Source: Candidatus Deferrimicrobiaceae bacterium
Lineage (GTDB): Bacteria; Desulfobacterota; Deferrimicrobia; Deferrimicrobiales; Deferrimicrobiaceae
DNA: 55,489 nt
NCBI GenBank assembly: GCA_041633075.1
Contig: JBFKGZ010000003.1
Location: forward strand, 1 to 55,489
Reading direction: 5' to 3'
The notes below the pieces were generated by a model. It saw only the letters and a list, made by a program, of their open reading frames with translations. It was not told the DNA's origin and did not search any database. This document shows positions 26,985-35,563 of this stretch, one piece after another. The position numbers and the translations under genes are program-made. How positions within the stretch are numbered: position 1 is the first letter of the stretch; each line of letters opens with the position of its first letter.

Positions 26985-27755
26985 ATGGGGGACAGGATCC
27001 TTTCGATCGCCGCGAACACCTTCCGGGAAACGATCCGGAACAAGATCCTTTACGCCATCCTCGCGTTTGCGCTTTTCGTCATCGGGCTCTCCTACTTCCT
27101 GGCCGACTTGTCCGTGGGGGAGCTCACGCGGATCATCGTCGACGTCGGGCTGGCGTGCATCCACATCTTCGGGGTCATCATCTCCGTGTTCATCGGGATC
27201 ACCCTGGTAAGTCACGAGGTGGAGAGGAAAACCGTCTACCTCATCCTGTCGAGGCCGGTACCCCGTTGGGAGTTCGTGGTCGGGAAAGCGGTGGGTCTGA
27301 GCAGCACCCTGGCGCTCGTAACGCTCGTGATGACGGCGATGCTCTTCGTCATTCACGCCGGCTATGGCGGAGTTCCGGAGACCGGGATCTTCCTTGCCTC
27401 GGCGGGAATATACATGGAGCTGGTCCTGCTGGTTTGCCTTGCCTCCCTCTTTTCGACATTTACCACCCCCGTGCTGAGCGCGATCTTTACGCTCTCCATG
27501 TTCCTGATCGGGCACATATCGAAAGGGCTGCTCGTTTTCGGGGGAAGGTCCCCCTCCGGTACGGCGCGGTTTGCGGCACGCCTCCTGTTCTACGTGCTGC
27601 CGAATCTGGAGAACTTCAACTGGAAGAACGAGATCGTGTACGGAACCGGACCCACGGTCTCCGCACTGGTCTATCCGGCAGGATACCTGTTGACCTACGG
27701 CGGCGCCGTTCTGTTCCTGGCCTGCCTGCTCTTCTACCGGAAGGATTTCAAGTGA
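26985..27755 (+). CDS. ABC-2 type permease (myxobacterial PilI-like)
   Basis: IAANTFRETIRNK, E.ERKTVYLILSRPV.RWEFVVGK, 6 TM helices, C-terminal F.RKDF. Confidence 0.88.
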   Translation: MGDRILSIAANTFRETIRNKILYAILAFALFVIGLSYFLADLSVGELTRIIVDVGLACIHIFGVIISVFIGITLVSHEVERKTVYLILSRPVPRWEFVVGKAVGLSSTLALVTLVMTAMLFVIHAGYGGVPETGIFLASAGIYMELVLLVCLASLFSTFTTPVLSAIFTLSMFLIGHISKGLLVFGGRSPSGTARFAARLLFYVLPNLENFNWKNEIVYGTGPTVSALVYPAGYLLTYGGAVLFLACLLFYRKDFK

Positions 27756-28537
27756 CGGGTGCGGGAGGGAACCCGGGTGCGCTGTTCCCCGCCCTCTTCC
27801 TGCCGGGGATGTTCGCCCTCGGCGCTTGCCTGGGCTCCTTTTCCAACGTGCTCATCCACCGCCTTCCCCGCGAGGAGTCGATTGTACGCCCGCCATCGCG
27901 CTGCCCGGCATGCGGCCGCCCGGTCCGGGCATGGGAGAACGTCCCGATCGTGAGCTTTTTCCTTCTGCACGGGAAGTGCGCCGGCTGCGGGGGCGGCATC
28001 TCCTGGCGGTATCCCGCCGTGGAGGCGGCAAGCGGCGTCGGGTTCCTCCTGATCGCGTGGGCGGACGGCATCGGGTTCACCCTGCTCCGCGACCTCGTCT
28101 TCTTCTCGCTGCTCGTCCCGATCGTGTTCATCGACATCGACCACCGGATCATCCCCGACGAGTTGTCCCTGGGCGGTCTCGCCGCGGGGGTTCTTCTCTC
28201 GTTTCTTCCCGGAGGCGACTGGCAGGGTTCCCTGGCGGGGGCCCTGCTCGGAGGAGGATTGCTGTATGTCACCGCTGCGGCGTACTACCGGGTGACGGGG
28301 ATCGAGGGGCTGGGAGGCGGCGACATCAAGCTCATCGCGATGGTCGGCGCGTTTCTGGGCTGGAGGGGCGCCCTGTTCACGATACTTATCGGCTCCCTGC
28401 TGGGCGTGGCGGGGGGAGTCGTGGCCATGCGGAAGGGGAGCGATGGACTCAAGACCGCCATCCCGTACGGCCCTTACCTGTGCGCGGCCGCGCTGATGGC
28501 CCGTTTCCTGGGCGATCGTTTCTGGAGGTTTTTCTAA
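27752..28537 (+). CDS. pilD: Prepilin peptidase / N-methyltransferase
   Basis: GSFSNV.IHRLP, CPAC..ENVP..CAGC, IDIDHRIIPD, GGGDIKL, IPYGPYL. GTG start overlaps the permease stop. Confidence 0.94.
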   Translation: MTGAGGNPGALFPALFLPGMFALGACLGSFSNVLIHRLPREESIVRPPSRCPACGRPVRAWENVPIVSFFLLHGKCAGCGGGISWRYPAVEAASGVGFLLIAWADGIGFTLLRDLVFFSLLVPIVFIDIDHRIIPDELSLGGLAAGVLLSFLPGGDWQGSLAGALLGGGLLYVTAAAYYRVTGIEGLGGGDIKLIAMVGAFLGWRGALFTILIGSLLGVAGGVVAMRKGSDGLKTAIPYGPYLCAAALMARFLGDRFWRFF

Positions 28538-28923
28538 AACAGGGTCCTGGCGACGTTGTCCTGCACGGGCTCTCCGTCGGGGGTGATGGTCCACAGATCG
28601 CCCTCCATCTGACCAACGCCGTTTGCGTACCCGATGTAATTCAAGGCATTGTCGAAGAGGGTGACGGAGACATCGTAATAGTCGTACTTCACGGGGTCGA
28701 AATCGAGCAGGGCGACGTTGTCCGTGTACTGCTCGTGTTCCGAGAAATAGATGAGTTCCGTTTTCTGCAGTTGCCTGAGCACGGATCTCGCCTGTGTGAA
28801 CCGGGCCTTGTTCACGATCTTGCCGTAGGTATACACAGCGAGGGTCGCGAGAATCCCGACGAGGGTGAGCACGATGGCGAGTTCGATGATCGTGAACCCT
28901 CTGCGGAGGCGGGAAGGATTCAA
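28534..28923 (-). CDS. Third type IV pilin (minor pilin / PilE-like), 129 aa
   Basis: C-terminal end of the 841-aa shadow ORF: MNPSRLRRG|FTIIELAIVLTLVGILATLAVYTY...YFSEHEQY. The TTG start overlaps the upstream stop (TTGA). Confidence 0.85.
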   Translation of the reverse strand: MNPSRLRRGFTIIELAIVLTLVGILATLAVYTYGKIVNKARFTQARSVLRQLQKTELIYFSEHEQYTDNVALLDFDPVKYDYYDVSVTLFDNALNYIGYANGVGQMEGDLWTITPDGEPVQDNVARTLF

Positions 28924-29402
28924 TCCGATTTTCCCGGACCGGCGGGACCGGTCGGTCTGCGGGGAGCATCTTCTTCCCGTTGTCGGTCGATCTGTTGCGA
29001 AAGGCGTTCGAGGAGTTCCGCGGTCTCCTGGAATTGGTCGCCCTTGCGCAGGGTGATGCTCTTCGGGTATTCCCCCCGGAGCATCATCTCTATCACCTTG
29101 TTGATCCGGTAGATGGGCCCCGCGATCCGGTGGCTGAAGAGGAGAGTATACAGGAATACGCCGGCCAGGACGAACAGTACGGCGGGCCAGATTCTCCGGT
29201 GGAGGATGAGAAATTCCTCGGCGGCGGGCTCGAGTTCCGCCAGGTCTGCGCCCGTTACGAGCCCGATAACGGACGGCGTGAAGACCAGCAAGACCCCGGC
29301 GACGAAGAACAGGAGGAAGACGAAGAGCATGCGCCATGCCAGCCCGAACTGAAACTGCCTGTCGACCAGCCGGGTTTTTCGTCGGTCGCTCGGGTGGGTC
29401 AC
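28920..29402 (-). CDS. Small 2-TM membrane protein with HAMP-like domain and no output domain
   Basis: RRK..LVDRQFQ, TM, short loop, TM, then SHRIAGPIYR...GE...ITLRKGDQFQE.A..L. GGAGG RBS before the GTG. Confidence 0.8.
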   Translation of the reverse strand: MTHPSDRRKTRLVDRQFQFGLAWRMLFVFLLFFVAGVLLVFTPSVIGLVTGADLAELEPAAEEFLILHRRIWPAVLFVLAGVFLYTLLFSHRIAGPIYRINKVIEMMLRGEYPKSITLRKGDQFQETAELLERLSQQIDRQREEDAPRRPTGPAGPGKSD

Positions 29403-29428
29403 ATTCGCCTCCCCCTTCTGTTTTTGCT

Positions 29429-29456
29429 ATTCTAAGCTCTGTGAGGTCCATGTCAA
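29429..29456 (-). promoter_or_regulatory. Sigma70-type promoter of the HAMP-protein/pilin operon
   Basis: Minus strand TTGACA-N16-TAGAAT. Confidence 0.65.
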
Positions 29457-29466
29457 CGAAGTCCCT

Positions 29467-31008
29467 GTGGGGGCGGGCCGTTTGAAAAAGGACATCTCGG
29501 TCCGAGCGGGCGTTGTCCTCCAGCTGTCGCTCATCGCGGTCGCCTCCCTCTCCCTTCTTGCGGTGTTTTCCTTCAAGGTCATCGAGATCACCATGAAACG
29601 CCGTCACGTGGAGGCGGCGGTCTCCATCGCCGAAGTGGTGCGGAAGGTTGTCCGGGAGGAAGAAAAGGAGGGGGGCGCGGCCGGTCCTTTCGTCCGGGGG
29701 TTGATCGGGAATCTCTCGCCGTATGTCCGCGAGGTGGCCATTCTTCCGGAAGGCGAGGGGCCCGATGCGGTCAAGGTGACCCCCGTGGGGGAGCAGGTCT
29801 CCGCGGTCTTCACCGTCCATCCGACCGTAGACGTCGCCCTCCCGCTCGACGAGATTGACGCGGGGGGGAAAGACCCGCGGGGGATCCGGGTACGCTTCTT
29901 TTCCCCCGGCATCGAGTCGGAGGCCCGCAACATCGTCCGGATTACGATCGTCCTCGTGCTTGTCGATGTCGCCGCGTTCGTGTTCTTCGGGTTTCTCCTC
30001 ATGGACCGCTCGGTGGTGCGCCCGATCCGCCGCCTCGCGGCGGTCACCGAGAAGATTGCCTCGGGGGACCTCCGCTTGCGTGCGGACGAGTCGCCGGCAA
30101 ACGATGTCGGGCAGCTCGGGGCGTCGTTCAACCGGATGGTGGGCGCGATTCTCTCCGCGCAGGAAAAGGCGAAGCAGGCCCAACAGGAGTCGTTTCGCTG
30201 GGAAAAGCTCGCCACCGTCGGCCGCCTGGCCGCGGGGGTCGCGCACGAGGTGGGCAATCCCCTGATGGGGATCCGGGGGTATGCGGAATATCTCCGGCGG
30301 AACGATCCCCCCCGTCAGGAGCGGGAAGAGTGCCTCGACAAGGTCGTGACGGAAACGAAAAGGATCGAGAATATCGTGCGGGGGCTGCTGTCGGTAGCCT
30401 CCTCGAAGCCGGACGGTGAGGAAGAAGCGGACGTGGACGAGGTCGTGCGCGAGACCGTCGAGATGCTTTCGTTTCGCAAGATGTTCCGGGATGTCGAGGT
30501 GGTCGTCGAGACAGGCGGAGTGGGCCGGGCGGCCCTCTCGGCGGAGCGCTTCCGCCAGGTGCTGCTCAACTTCATGATCAACGCCGTCGATGCGATGGAA
30601 GGGGGAGGCGTTCTGCGTGTGCGGACGTTCATCGTGAGACCGTGGGTACCGCCGGCCCTTCGCAAGGCGAGAAGACGGGCGTCCGATCCGCCCGAAGTGG
30701 ACGTGCTGCGTCTGCGGGGAGTGGCCGGAGGTCGCCCCGGGGGTGCGCTTGCGGTCTCCGTGTCGGATACCGGCTGCGGCATCGGACCGGATGCCCTTCC
30801 GTCGATTTTCGACCCGTTCTTCACGACGAAGGAGGCGGAGAAGGGAACCGGGCTCGGCCTGTCGGTTTCCCTTGCGATCGTGGAGGGAGCCGGAGGAGAG
30901 ATCGCCGTCGAGAGCGACGAAGGGAAGGGATCGACGTTTACCGTGATTCTGCCCGAGGCGGCGGAAACGCCTGCGCCGGGCGACGCGAGCGGGAGGGCGG
31001 ATGGCTGA
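29467..31008 (+). CDS. HAMP sensor histidine kinase (PilS2-like)
   Basis: 2 TM helices, HAMP, H-box EKLATVGRLAAGVAHEVGNP, N-box QVLLNFMINA, DTGCG, FDPFFTTK, GTGLGL. Confidence 0.92.
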   Translation: MGAGRLKKDISVRAGVVLQLSLIAVASLSLLAVFSFKVIEITMKRRHVEAAVSIAEVVRKVVREEEKEGGAAGPFVRGLIGNLSPYVREVAILPEGEGPDAVKVTPVGEQVSAVFTVHPTVDVALPLDEIDAGGKDPRGIRVRFFSPGIESEARNIVRITIVLVLVDVAAFVFFGFLLMDRSVVRPIRRLAAVTEKIASGDLRLRADESPANDVGQLGASFNRMVGAILSAQEKAKQAQQESFRWEKLATVGRLAAGVAHEVGNPLMGIRGYAEYLRRNDPPRQEREECLDKVVTETKRIENIVRGLLSVASSKPDGEEEADVDEVVRETVEMLSFRKMFRDVEVVVETGGVGRAALSAERFRQVLLNFMINAVDAMEGGGVLRVRTFIVRPWVPPALRKARRRASDPPEVDVLRLRGVAGGRPGGALAVSVSDTGCGIGPDALPSIFDPFFTTKEAEKGTGLGLSVSLAIVEGAGGEIAVESDEGKGSTFTVILPEAAETPAPGDASGRADG

Positions 31009-32395
31009 CCGGATCCTGGTGGTGGACGACGAAGAGAGCATGCGGGACGTGCTGAACAAAATGCTCTCGGCGGAGGGGTATCTCGTCTCCCTGGCGGAGA
31101 ACGGGAGGAGTGCCCTCGCGCTATTGGAGAGGAGCCGATTCGACTACATCCTGTGCGACATCCGGATGCCCGAAATGGGGGGGCTCGAGCTTCTCCGGGA
31201 GATCACGTCCCGGAAGATTCCCGTGACGGCCATTATGATGTCGGCCTTTGGAACCGTGGAAACGGCCGTCGAGGCGATGAAACTCGGCGCGTACGACTAC
31301 ATCTCCAAGCCGTTCATGAGCGACGAAATTCTCCTGACGCTTCGGAAGGCCCAGGAGAGGGAAACCCTGCGGAAGGAGAACGAGGTCCTCCGGGAGGAGG
31401 TGGAGAAGGCCTTCGGACCGGTGAAGCTGCTCTATGCAAGCCGGTTGATGGAAGACGTCGTTCGCATGGTGGAGAAGGTGAAGGACTACGATACGACGGT
31501 GCTGGTGACGGGCGAGAGCGGGACCGGGAAGGAGCTGGTCGCTCGGATGCTCCACTTCGCCGGCCGAAGGAAGGAGAGACCCTTCGTCGCCATCAACTGC
31601 GGGGCGATTCCCGAGACCCTCCTGGAGAGCGAACTCTTCGGGCACCGGAAAGGTGCCTTTACCGAGGCGAAGACGGACCGGTCGGGGCTTATCGAGAAAG
31701 CGGACGGAGGGACGCTGTTCCTCGACGAGATCGGCGAGCTGCCGCTCATGCTCCAGACGAAGCTTCTCCGGTTTCTCCAGGAAGGGGAGTTGCGCCGCCT
31801 CGGTGACACGGAGGTCCGGAAGGTGAACGTGCGCATCGTTGCCGCGACGGCGCGCGACCTCGATCAGGAGGTGTCGGCCGGGACTTTCCGCGAAGACCTC
31901 TACTACCGGTTGAACGTCATACCGATCCATGTTCCTCCCCTGCGGGAACGGAGGGAGGACATCCCCCTCATGGTGCAGCATTTCCTGGCGCGCTTCCGCG
32001 CGAAATTCCGGAAGGGGGAGATCCGGTTCTCCCCGGAGGCGATGGAGACATTGACGGGCCACGACTGGCGCGGGAACGTCCGGGAGCTCGAGAATCTGGT
32101 CGAGCGATGTGTCCTCCTTGGGGCAGAGGGGGAGATCCGGCAGGAACAGCTGGTCCCGATCTGGGAAGGGGGGGGATCGGGGGAGAAGGGAGCGGACCGC
32201 TCCCCGAGGGTGATCATCCGTGTCCCCGTTTCGTTTGCGAGCCCGGACCTGAAGAGCGCCGTTAAGGAGATGGAGAAGCAGATGATCCGTCTGGCCCTGG
32301 AGCGGACCGGGGGGAGCCGGCCAAAAGCGGCGGAATTGCTGGGGATCAGCCATCCCGCCCTCCTGTACAAGGCGAAAGCGTATGGAATCAATTGA
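31001..32395 (+). CDS. Sigma54-dependent response regulator (PilR2-like)
   Basis: Receiver, GESGTGKE, GAFTEA, WRGNVRELEN, HTH. Position between pilD and pilM. Confidence 0.9.
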   Translation: MADRILVVDDEESMRDVLNKMLSAEGYLVSLAENGRSALALLERSRFDYILCDIRMPEMGGLELLREITSRKIPVTAIMMSAFGTVETAVEAMKLGAYDYISKPFMSDEILLTLRKAQERETLRKENEVLREEVEKAFGPVKLLYASRLMEDVVRMVEKVKDYDTTVLVTGESGTGKELVARMLHFAGRRKERPFVAINCGAIPETLLESELFGHRKGAFTEAKTDRSGLIEKADGGTLFLDEIGELPLMLQTKLLRFLQEGELRRLGDTEVRKVNVRIVAATARDLDQEVSAGTFREDLYYRLNVIPIHVPPLRERREDIPLMVQHFLARFRAKFRKGEIRFSPEAMETLTGHDWRGNVRELENLVERCVLLGAEGEIRQEQLVPIWEGGGSGEKGADRSPRVIIRVPVSFASPDLKSAVKEMEKQMIRLALERTGGSRPKAAELLGISHPALLYKAKAYGIN

Positions 32396-32397
32396 TG

Positions 32398-32482
32398 GTA
32401 ATTTAGCATAATTATATTAATTTAACGTTCAGTTAAAAATATCTTGACATTACTTTTGGGAAATGTACTATTTTTTTAGTAC
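32398..32482 (+). promoter_or_regulatory. AT-rich promoter/operator region of XRE-pilMNOPQ
   Basis: TTGACA (32444)-N16-TACTAT (32466). Inverted repeats TTTAAC-N5-GTTAAA and GTACTA-N6-TAGTAC. Motif ATTTAGCATAATT at 32401-32413. Confidence 0.7.
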
Positions 32483-32536
32483 TGGTACGTGCTGTCCATT
32501 TTTTTTAGCCGGGAAGCCGGCCAGGCGGGGACGGGA

Positions 32537-32767
32537 ATGAAGGGCGAAAAAATCAAGGTTAAAGTCGAGGGGAACAACGTCCGAAAAATCAGGGAAGGTC
32601 TCCTGATGAGCAAGGCGGAGCTGGCACGGCGCGCCGGTTTGTCGGTGCTGACCATCGATCGGGTGGAGAAGGGGATGACGTGCCGCATGGACACCAAGAG
32701 GAAGATCATCCTGTCCCTGGGGCTGCAGTTGTCGGACAGGGACAAGGTTTTCAGCAAGAAAGACTGA
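32537..32767 (+). CDS. XRE/Cro-family helix-turn-helix regulator
   Basis: NNVRKIRE...MSKAELARRAGLS.LTIDRVEKG...R.DT.RKI. Directly upstream of pilM. Confidence 0.88.
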   Translation: MKGEKIKVKVEGNNVRKIREGLLMSKAELARRAGLSVLTIDRVEKGMTCRMDTKRKIILSLGLQLSDRDKVFSKKD

Positions 32768-32783
32768 CGGGGCGGGTGGAGCC

Positions 32784-33845
32784 ATGGCGCTTTTCGGATC
32801 GAAGGAGTTGATCGGATTGGACATCGGGTCGAGCGCCATCAAGCTCGCTCATGTCAAGCCGGTGGGGGTGGAGTTCCGCGTAAAGAAGTTCGGGGTGTTT
32901 CCCCTGCCGCCGGACGCGATCGTGGACGGGGCCATCATGGACCACGTTTCGGTGATCGAGGGGATCAAGACAGCGCTGCGCGAGCTCAAGGTCAAGGAGA
33001 AGGAGATCGCCACCTCGCTGTCCGGCCATTCCGTGATTATCAAGAAAGTGGTGCTGCCCACGACCACCCCCGAGGAGCTGGAGGAGTCGATCCAGTGGGA
33101 GGTGGAGCAGTACATCCCCTTCGACATCAAGGACGTCAAGATCGACTTCCAGGTGATCGGGCCGCTGAAGGAGGACCCGTCCAAGATGGACGTTCTCCTC
33201 GTTGCCGTGAAGACCGATCTGGTCAACGACTACGTATCGGTGATCAAGGACGCCGGCCTTACCCCCACGATCGTCGACATCGATTCCATCGCGGCGGGGA
33301 ATGCCTTCGAGCTCTGCCACCCGGTGTCCGACGAGCAGGTTCCGATGGTGGTCAACGTGGGAGCCTCCTTCATGAACATCAACATTCTGCATTCGGGGGT
33401 CCCGCTGTTTACCCGCGACGTTCCGATGGGCGGAGGCATGTACACGTCGGAAATCCAGAAGCAGCTCGCGGTGAGCTTCGACACCGCCGACGACCTCAAG
33501 GTCGGGAAAAAGGACGCGGGGGAACGGAAAGAGAAGATCACGGAGATCATGAGGACGGTGTCGAACATCCTGTCTACGGAAGTCCAGCGGTCCTACAACT
33601 TTTTCTCGGCGACCTACCCTGACCGTATGGTCACCAAGGTGTACCTCACCGGCGGCGCGGCGAAATCCGCATTTCTCAAGGAGATGCTCACCGAGAAGAT
33701 CGGAGTGGACGTGGAGCTGTTCGATCCGTTCGAGGGGCTCATGTTGGAGGAAGATTCGGTCGACCGGTCGCTGGCGGCAAGCTTCAATACGGCCGCCACG
33801 GTTTCCATCGGGCTGGCGCTTCGGAACCAGGAGGATCGCCGATGA
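32784..33845 (+). CDS. pilM: Type IV pilus assembly protein PilM
   Basis: IGLDIGSSAIK, EQYIPF....V..DFQ, VYLTGG.A, IGLALR. Confidence 0.96.
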   Translation: MALFGSKELIGLDIGSSAIKLAHVKPVGVEFRVKKFGVFPLPPDAIVDGAIMDHVSVIEGIKTALRELKVKEKEIATSLSGHSVIIKKVVLPTTTPEELEESIQWEVEQYIPFDIKDVKIDFQVIGPLKEDPSKMDVLLVAVKTDLVNDYVSVIKDAGLTPTIVDIDSIAAGNAFELCHPVSDEQVPMVVNVGASFMNINILHSGVPLFTRDVPMGGGMYTSEIQKQLAVSFDTADDLKVGKKDAGERKEKITEIMRTVSNILSTEVQRSYNFFSATYPDRMVTKVYLTGGAAKSAFLKEMLTEKIGVDVELFDPFEGLMLEEDSVDRSLAASFNTAATVSIGLALRNQEDRR

Positions 33846-34378
33846 TCCGGATAAATCTGATCCGGGGGAAGCGGAAAAAGAGAAAAGAGTTCAACGTCGA
33901 CGCGCTCTACCTCCTGCTCCCTCTTGTCGTGATCGTGGGAGTCCTGCTGTTCCATCGCTCGGTCGCCGGGAAAATCGAGGATCTACACACCGGTATCCGC
34001 CGGGCCAACGTCGAGGTCGCTCGACTGCAGAAGCAAATCGGAGAGGTGGAGAACTTCAAGGCCCGGAAGGCCGAACTGCAGCAGAAGGTGGACGTGATCT
34101 CGAACCTGCAAAAGGGCAGGAAGGGGCCGGTGAAGATCTTCGAGGCGCTGTCGGCCTCCATCCCCGAGAAATGCTGGATCGACCGTCTTTCCGTCAGGGG
34201 GGAAAAGATCGAACTCAGCGGCATCGCGCTCAACAACTACACGATCGCGAATTTCATGACGGCCCTGGGCCAGAGCGGGAGGTTCCACGACGTTGTTCTC
34301 GGGTCGGCGGAACAGGCGACGGTATCGAACGTGAAACTCGTGAGGTTCGGTCTGACGTTCAAAACGGTGCAGAATTGA
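33842..34378 (+). CDS. pilN: Type IV pilus assembly protein PilN
   Basis: MIRINL motif, TM helix, coiled coil, IP...W, G.A....IANFM..L. Confidence 0.93.
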   Translation: MIRINLIRGKRKKRKEFNVDALYLLLPLVVIVGVLLFHRSVAGKIEDLHTGIRRANVEVARLQKQIGEVENFKARKAELQQKVDVISNLQKGRKGPVKIFEALSASIPEKCWIDRLSVRGEKIELSGIALNNYTIANFMTALGQSGRFHDVVLGSAEQATVSNVKLVRFGLTFKTVQN

Positions 34379-34409
34379 TGGAACAAAAGGCGCAGGGAAA
34401 GGAACCGGG

Positions 34410-35018
34410 ATGGCTCTCAAGCTAGGGGATCTTTCGAGGATTCCCCCGAAACAGAAGATCTTCCTCGCGGTCCTGATTTGCCTACTGGTCGGTGTGGGGT
34501 ATTACTACCTGTACTACAAGGAGGCCTCCCAGAAGATCGCCACCCTCCAGACGAAACTGGCGGAACTCGAGAGCAAGATCAAGGAGCAGGAGGTGATTGC
34601 GAAGAACCTTCCCTCCTTCCAGGCGGAGGTCCGGCGTCTTGAGGATCAGCTGGGGCTTCTCCTCGACCAGCTTCCCAACTCTGCGGAGATTCCCAGCCTC
34701 CTGAAGAACATCTCGGATCTGGGCAGGGAGTCCGGGCTCGACTTCCTGAAGTTCGCTCCCCGCGGGGAAACCGGAAAGGGATTCTACGCAGAGATTCCCG
34801 TCACCATATCCGTCAACGGCGAATATCACGGGTTTGCCCTGTTCGCCGACAAGGTGAGCCATCTTCCTCGCATCGTGAACCTGTCCGACATCGTCTTTTC
34901 CGGCCCCAAGGGGATGGGGGAAGACCGGATGCAGGTGAACGTGAGCTGCACCGCGACGACGTTCCGTTTCCTGGAGCAGGCGGCTGCCGGCAAAGGCGGG
35001 AAAGGGAGCGCAAAATGA
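34410..35018 (+). CDS. pilO: Type IV pilus assembly protein PilO
   Basis: TM helix, coiled coil, QLP...EIPSLL, FYAEIP, G.YH....F...V..LPRIV, TFRF. Confidence 0.95.
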   Translation: MALKLGDLSRIPPKQKIFLAVLICLLVGVGYYYLYYKEASQKIATLQTKLAELESKIKEQEVIAKNLPSFQAEVRRLEDQLGLLLDQLPNSAEIPSLLKNISDLGRESGLDFLKFAPRGETGKGFYAEIPVTISVNGEYHGFALFADKVSHLPRIVNLSDIVFSGPKGMGEDRMQVNVSCTATTFRFLEQAAAGKGGKGSAK

Positions 35019-35563
35019 CGCAGATCAGTCATCGCCCCCTTCGGGTCGTTCTGGCGGCGGCGTTCCTTTTCGCGCTCGTGGGCGGCGGATGCGCGAAGGA
35101 AGAGCCGCCCGCCCGCGCCCCGGTGGTGAAAAAGACGATACCGAAAGAGGAGGCCAAGGCCGCGGAGGCTGCGCATCCCGTCGCGATCGGCGAAGGGAAA
35201 CCTCCCCCCGTCGCGGTGTACAATCCGGCCGGGAAACGGGATCCCTTCGTCGCATTCCTCAAGGTGGAGAGAAAAGACGCACCCCCCGCCGTCGGCTCCC
35301 TCCCTCCCCTGCAGCGGTACGAGCTCCGGGAATTTCGATTTGTCGGCGTCATCTGGAGTCCCAAGGTAACGCGGGCACTCGTGGAGGATTCCGTAGGGAA
35401 GGGGTACACCGTTTCGGTCGGGACGAAAATCGGCCGGAGCGGGGGAGTTGTCACCCGGATCACGGAAAAGGAGATCATCGTCCGGGAAGAATTTCGGGAT
35501 TACGCCGGATTGAAGGCCAAGCGTGATAGCTCTCTGAAGCTTGAGACCGTAGGAGGAAAATGA
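35015..35563 (+). CDS. pilP: Type IV pilus assembly lipoprotein PilP
   Basis: Lipobox-like GGGC, YNP.GKRDPF, PLQRYEL, ALVED..GKGY...G..IG. Confidence 0.92.
   Translation: MTQISHRPLRVVLAAAFLFALVGGGCAKEEPPARAPVVKKTIPKEEAKAAEAAHPVAIGEGKPPPVAVYNPAGKRDPFVAFLKVERKDAPPAVGSLPPLQRYELREFRFVGVIWSPKVTRALVEDSVGKGYTVSVGTKIGRSGGVVTRITEKEIIVREEFRDYAGLKAKRDSSLKLETVGGK

Noticed and set aside
28924-31059. 841-aa minus-strand ORF read as one giant pilin-fusion protein
   Set aside because: The upstream 712 codons are antisense to the histidine kinase and out of frame with the HAMP gene, with Arg/Pro-rich shadow composition. Only the last 129 aa have a prepilin signal and their own coupled start.
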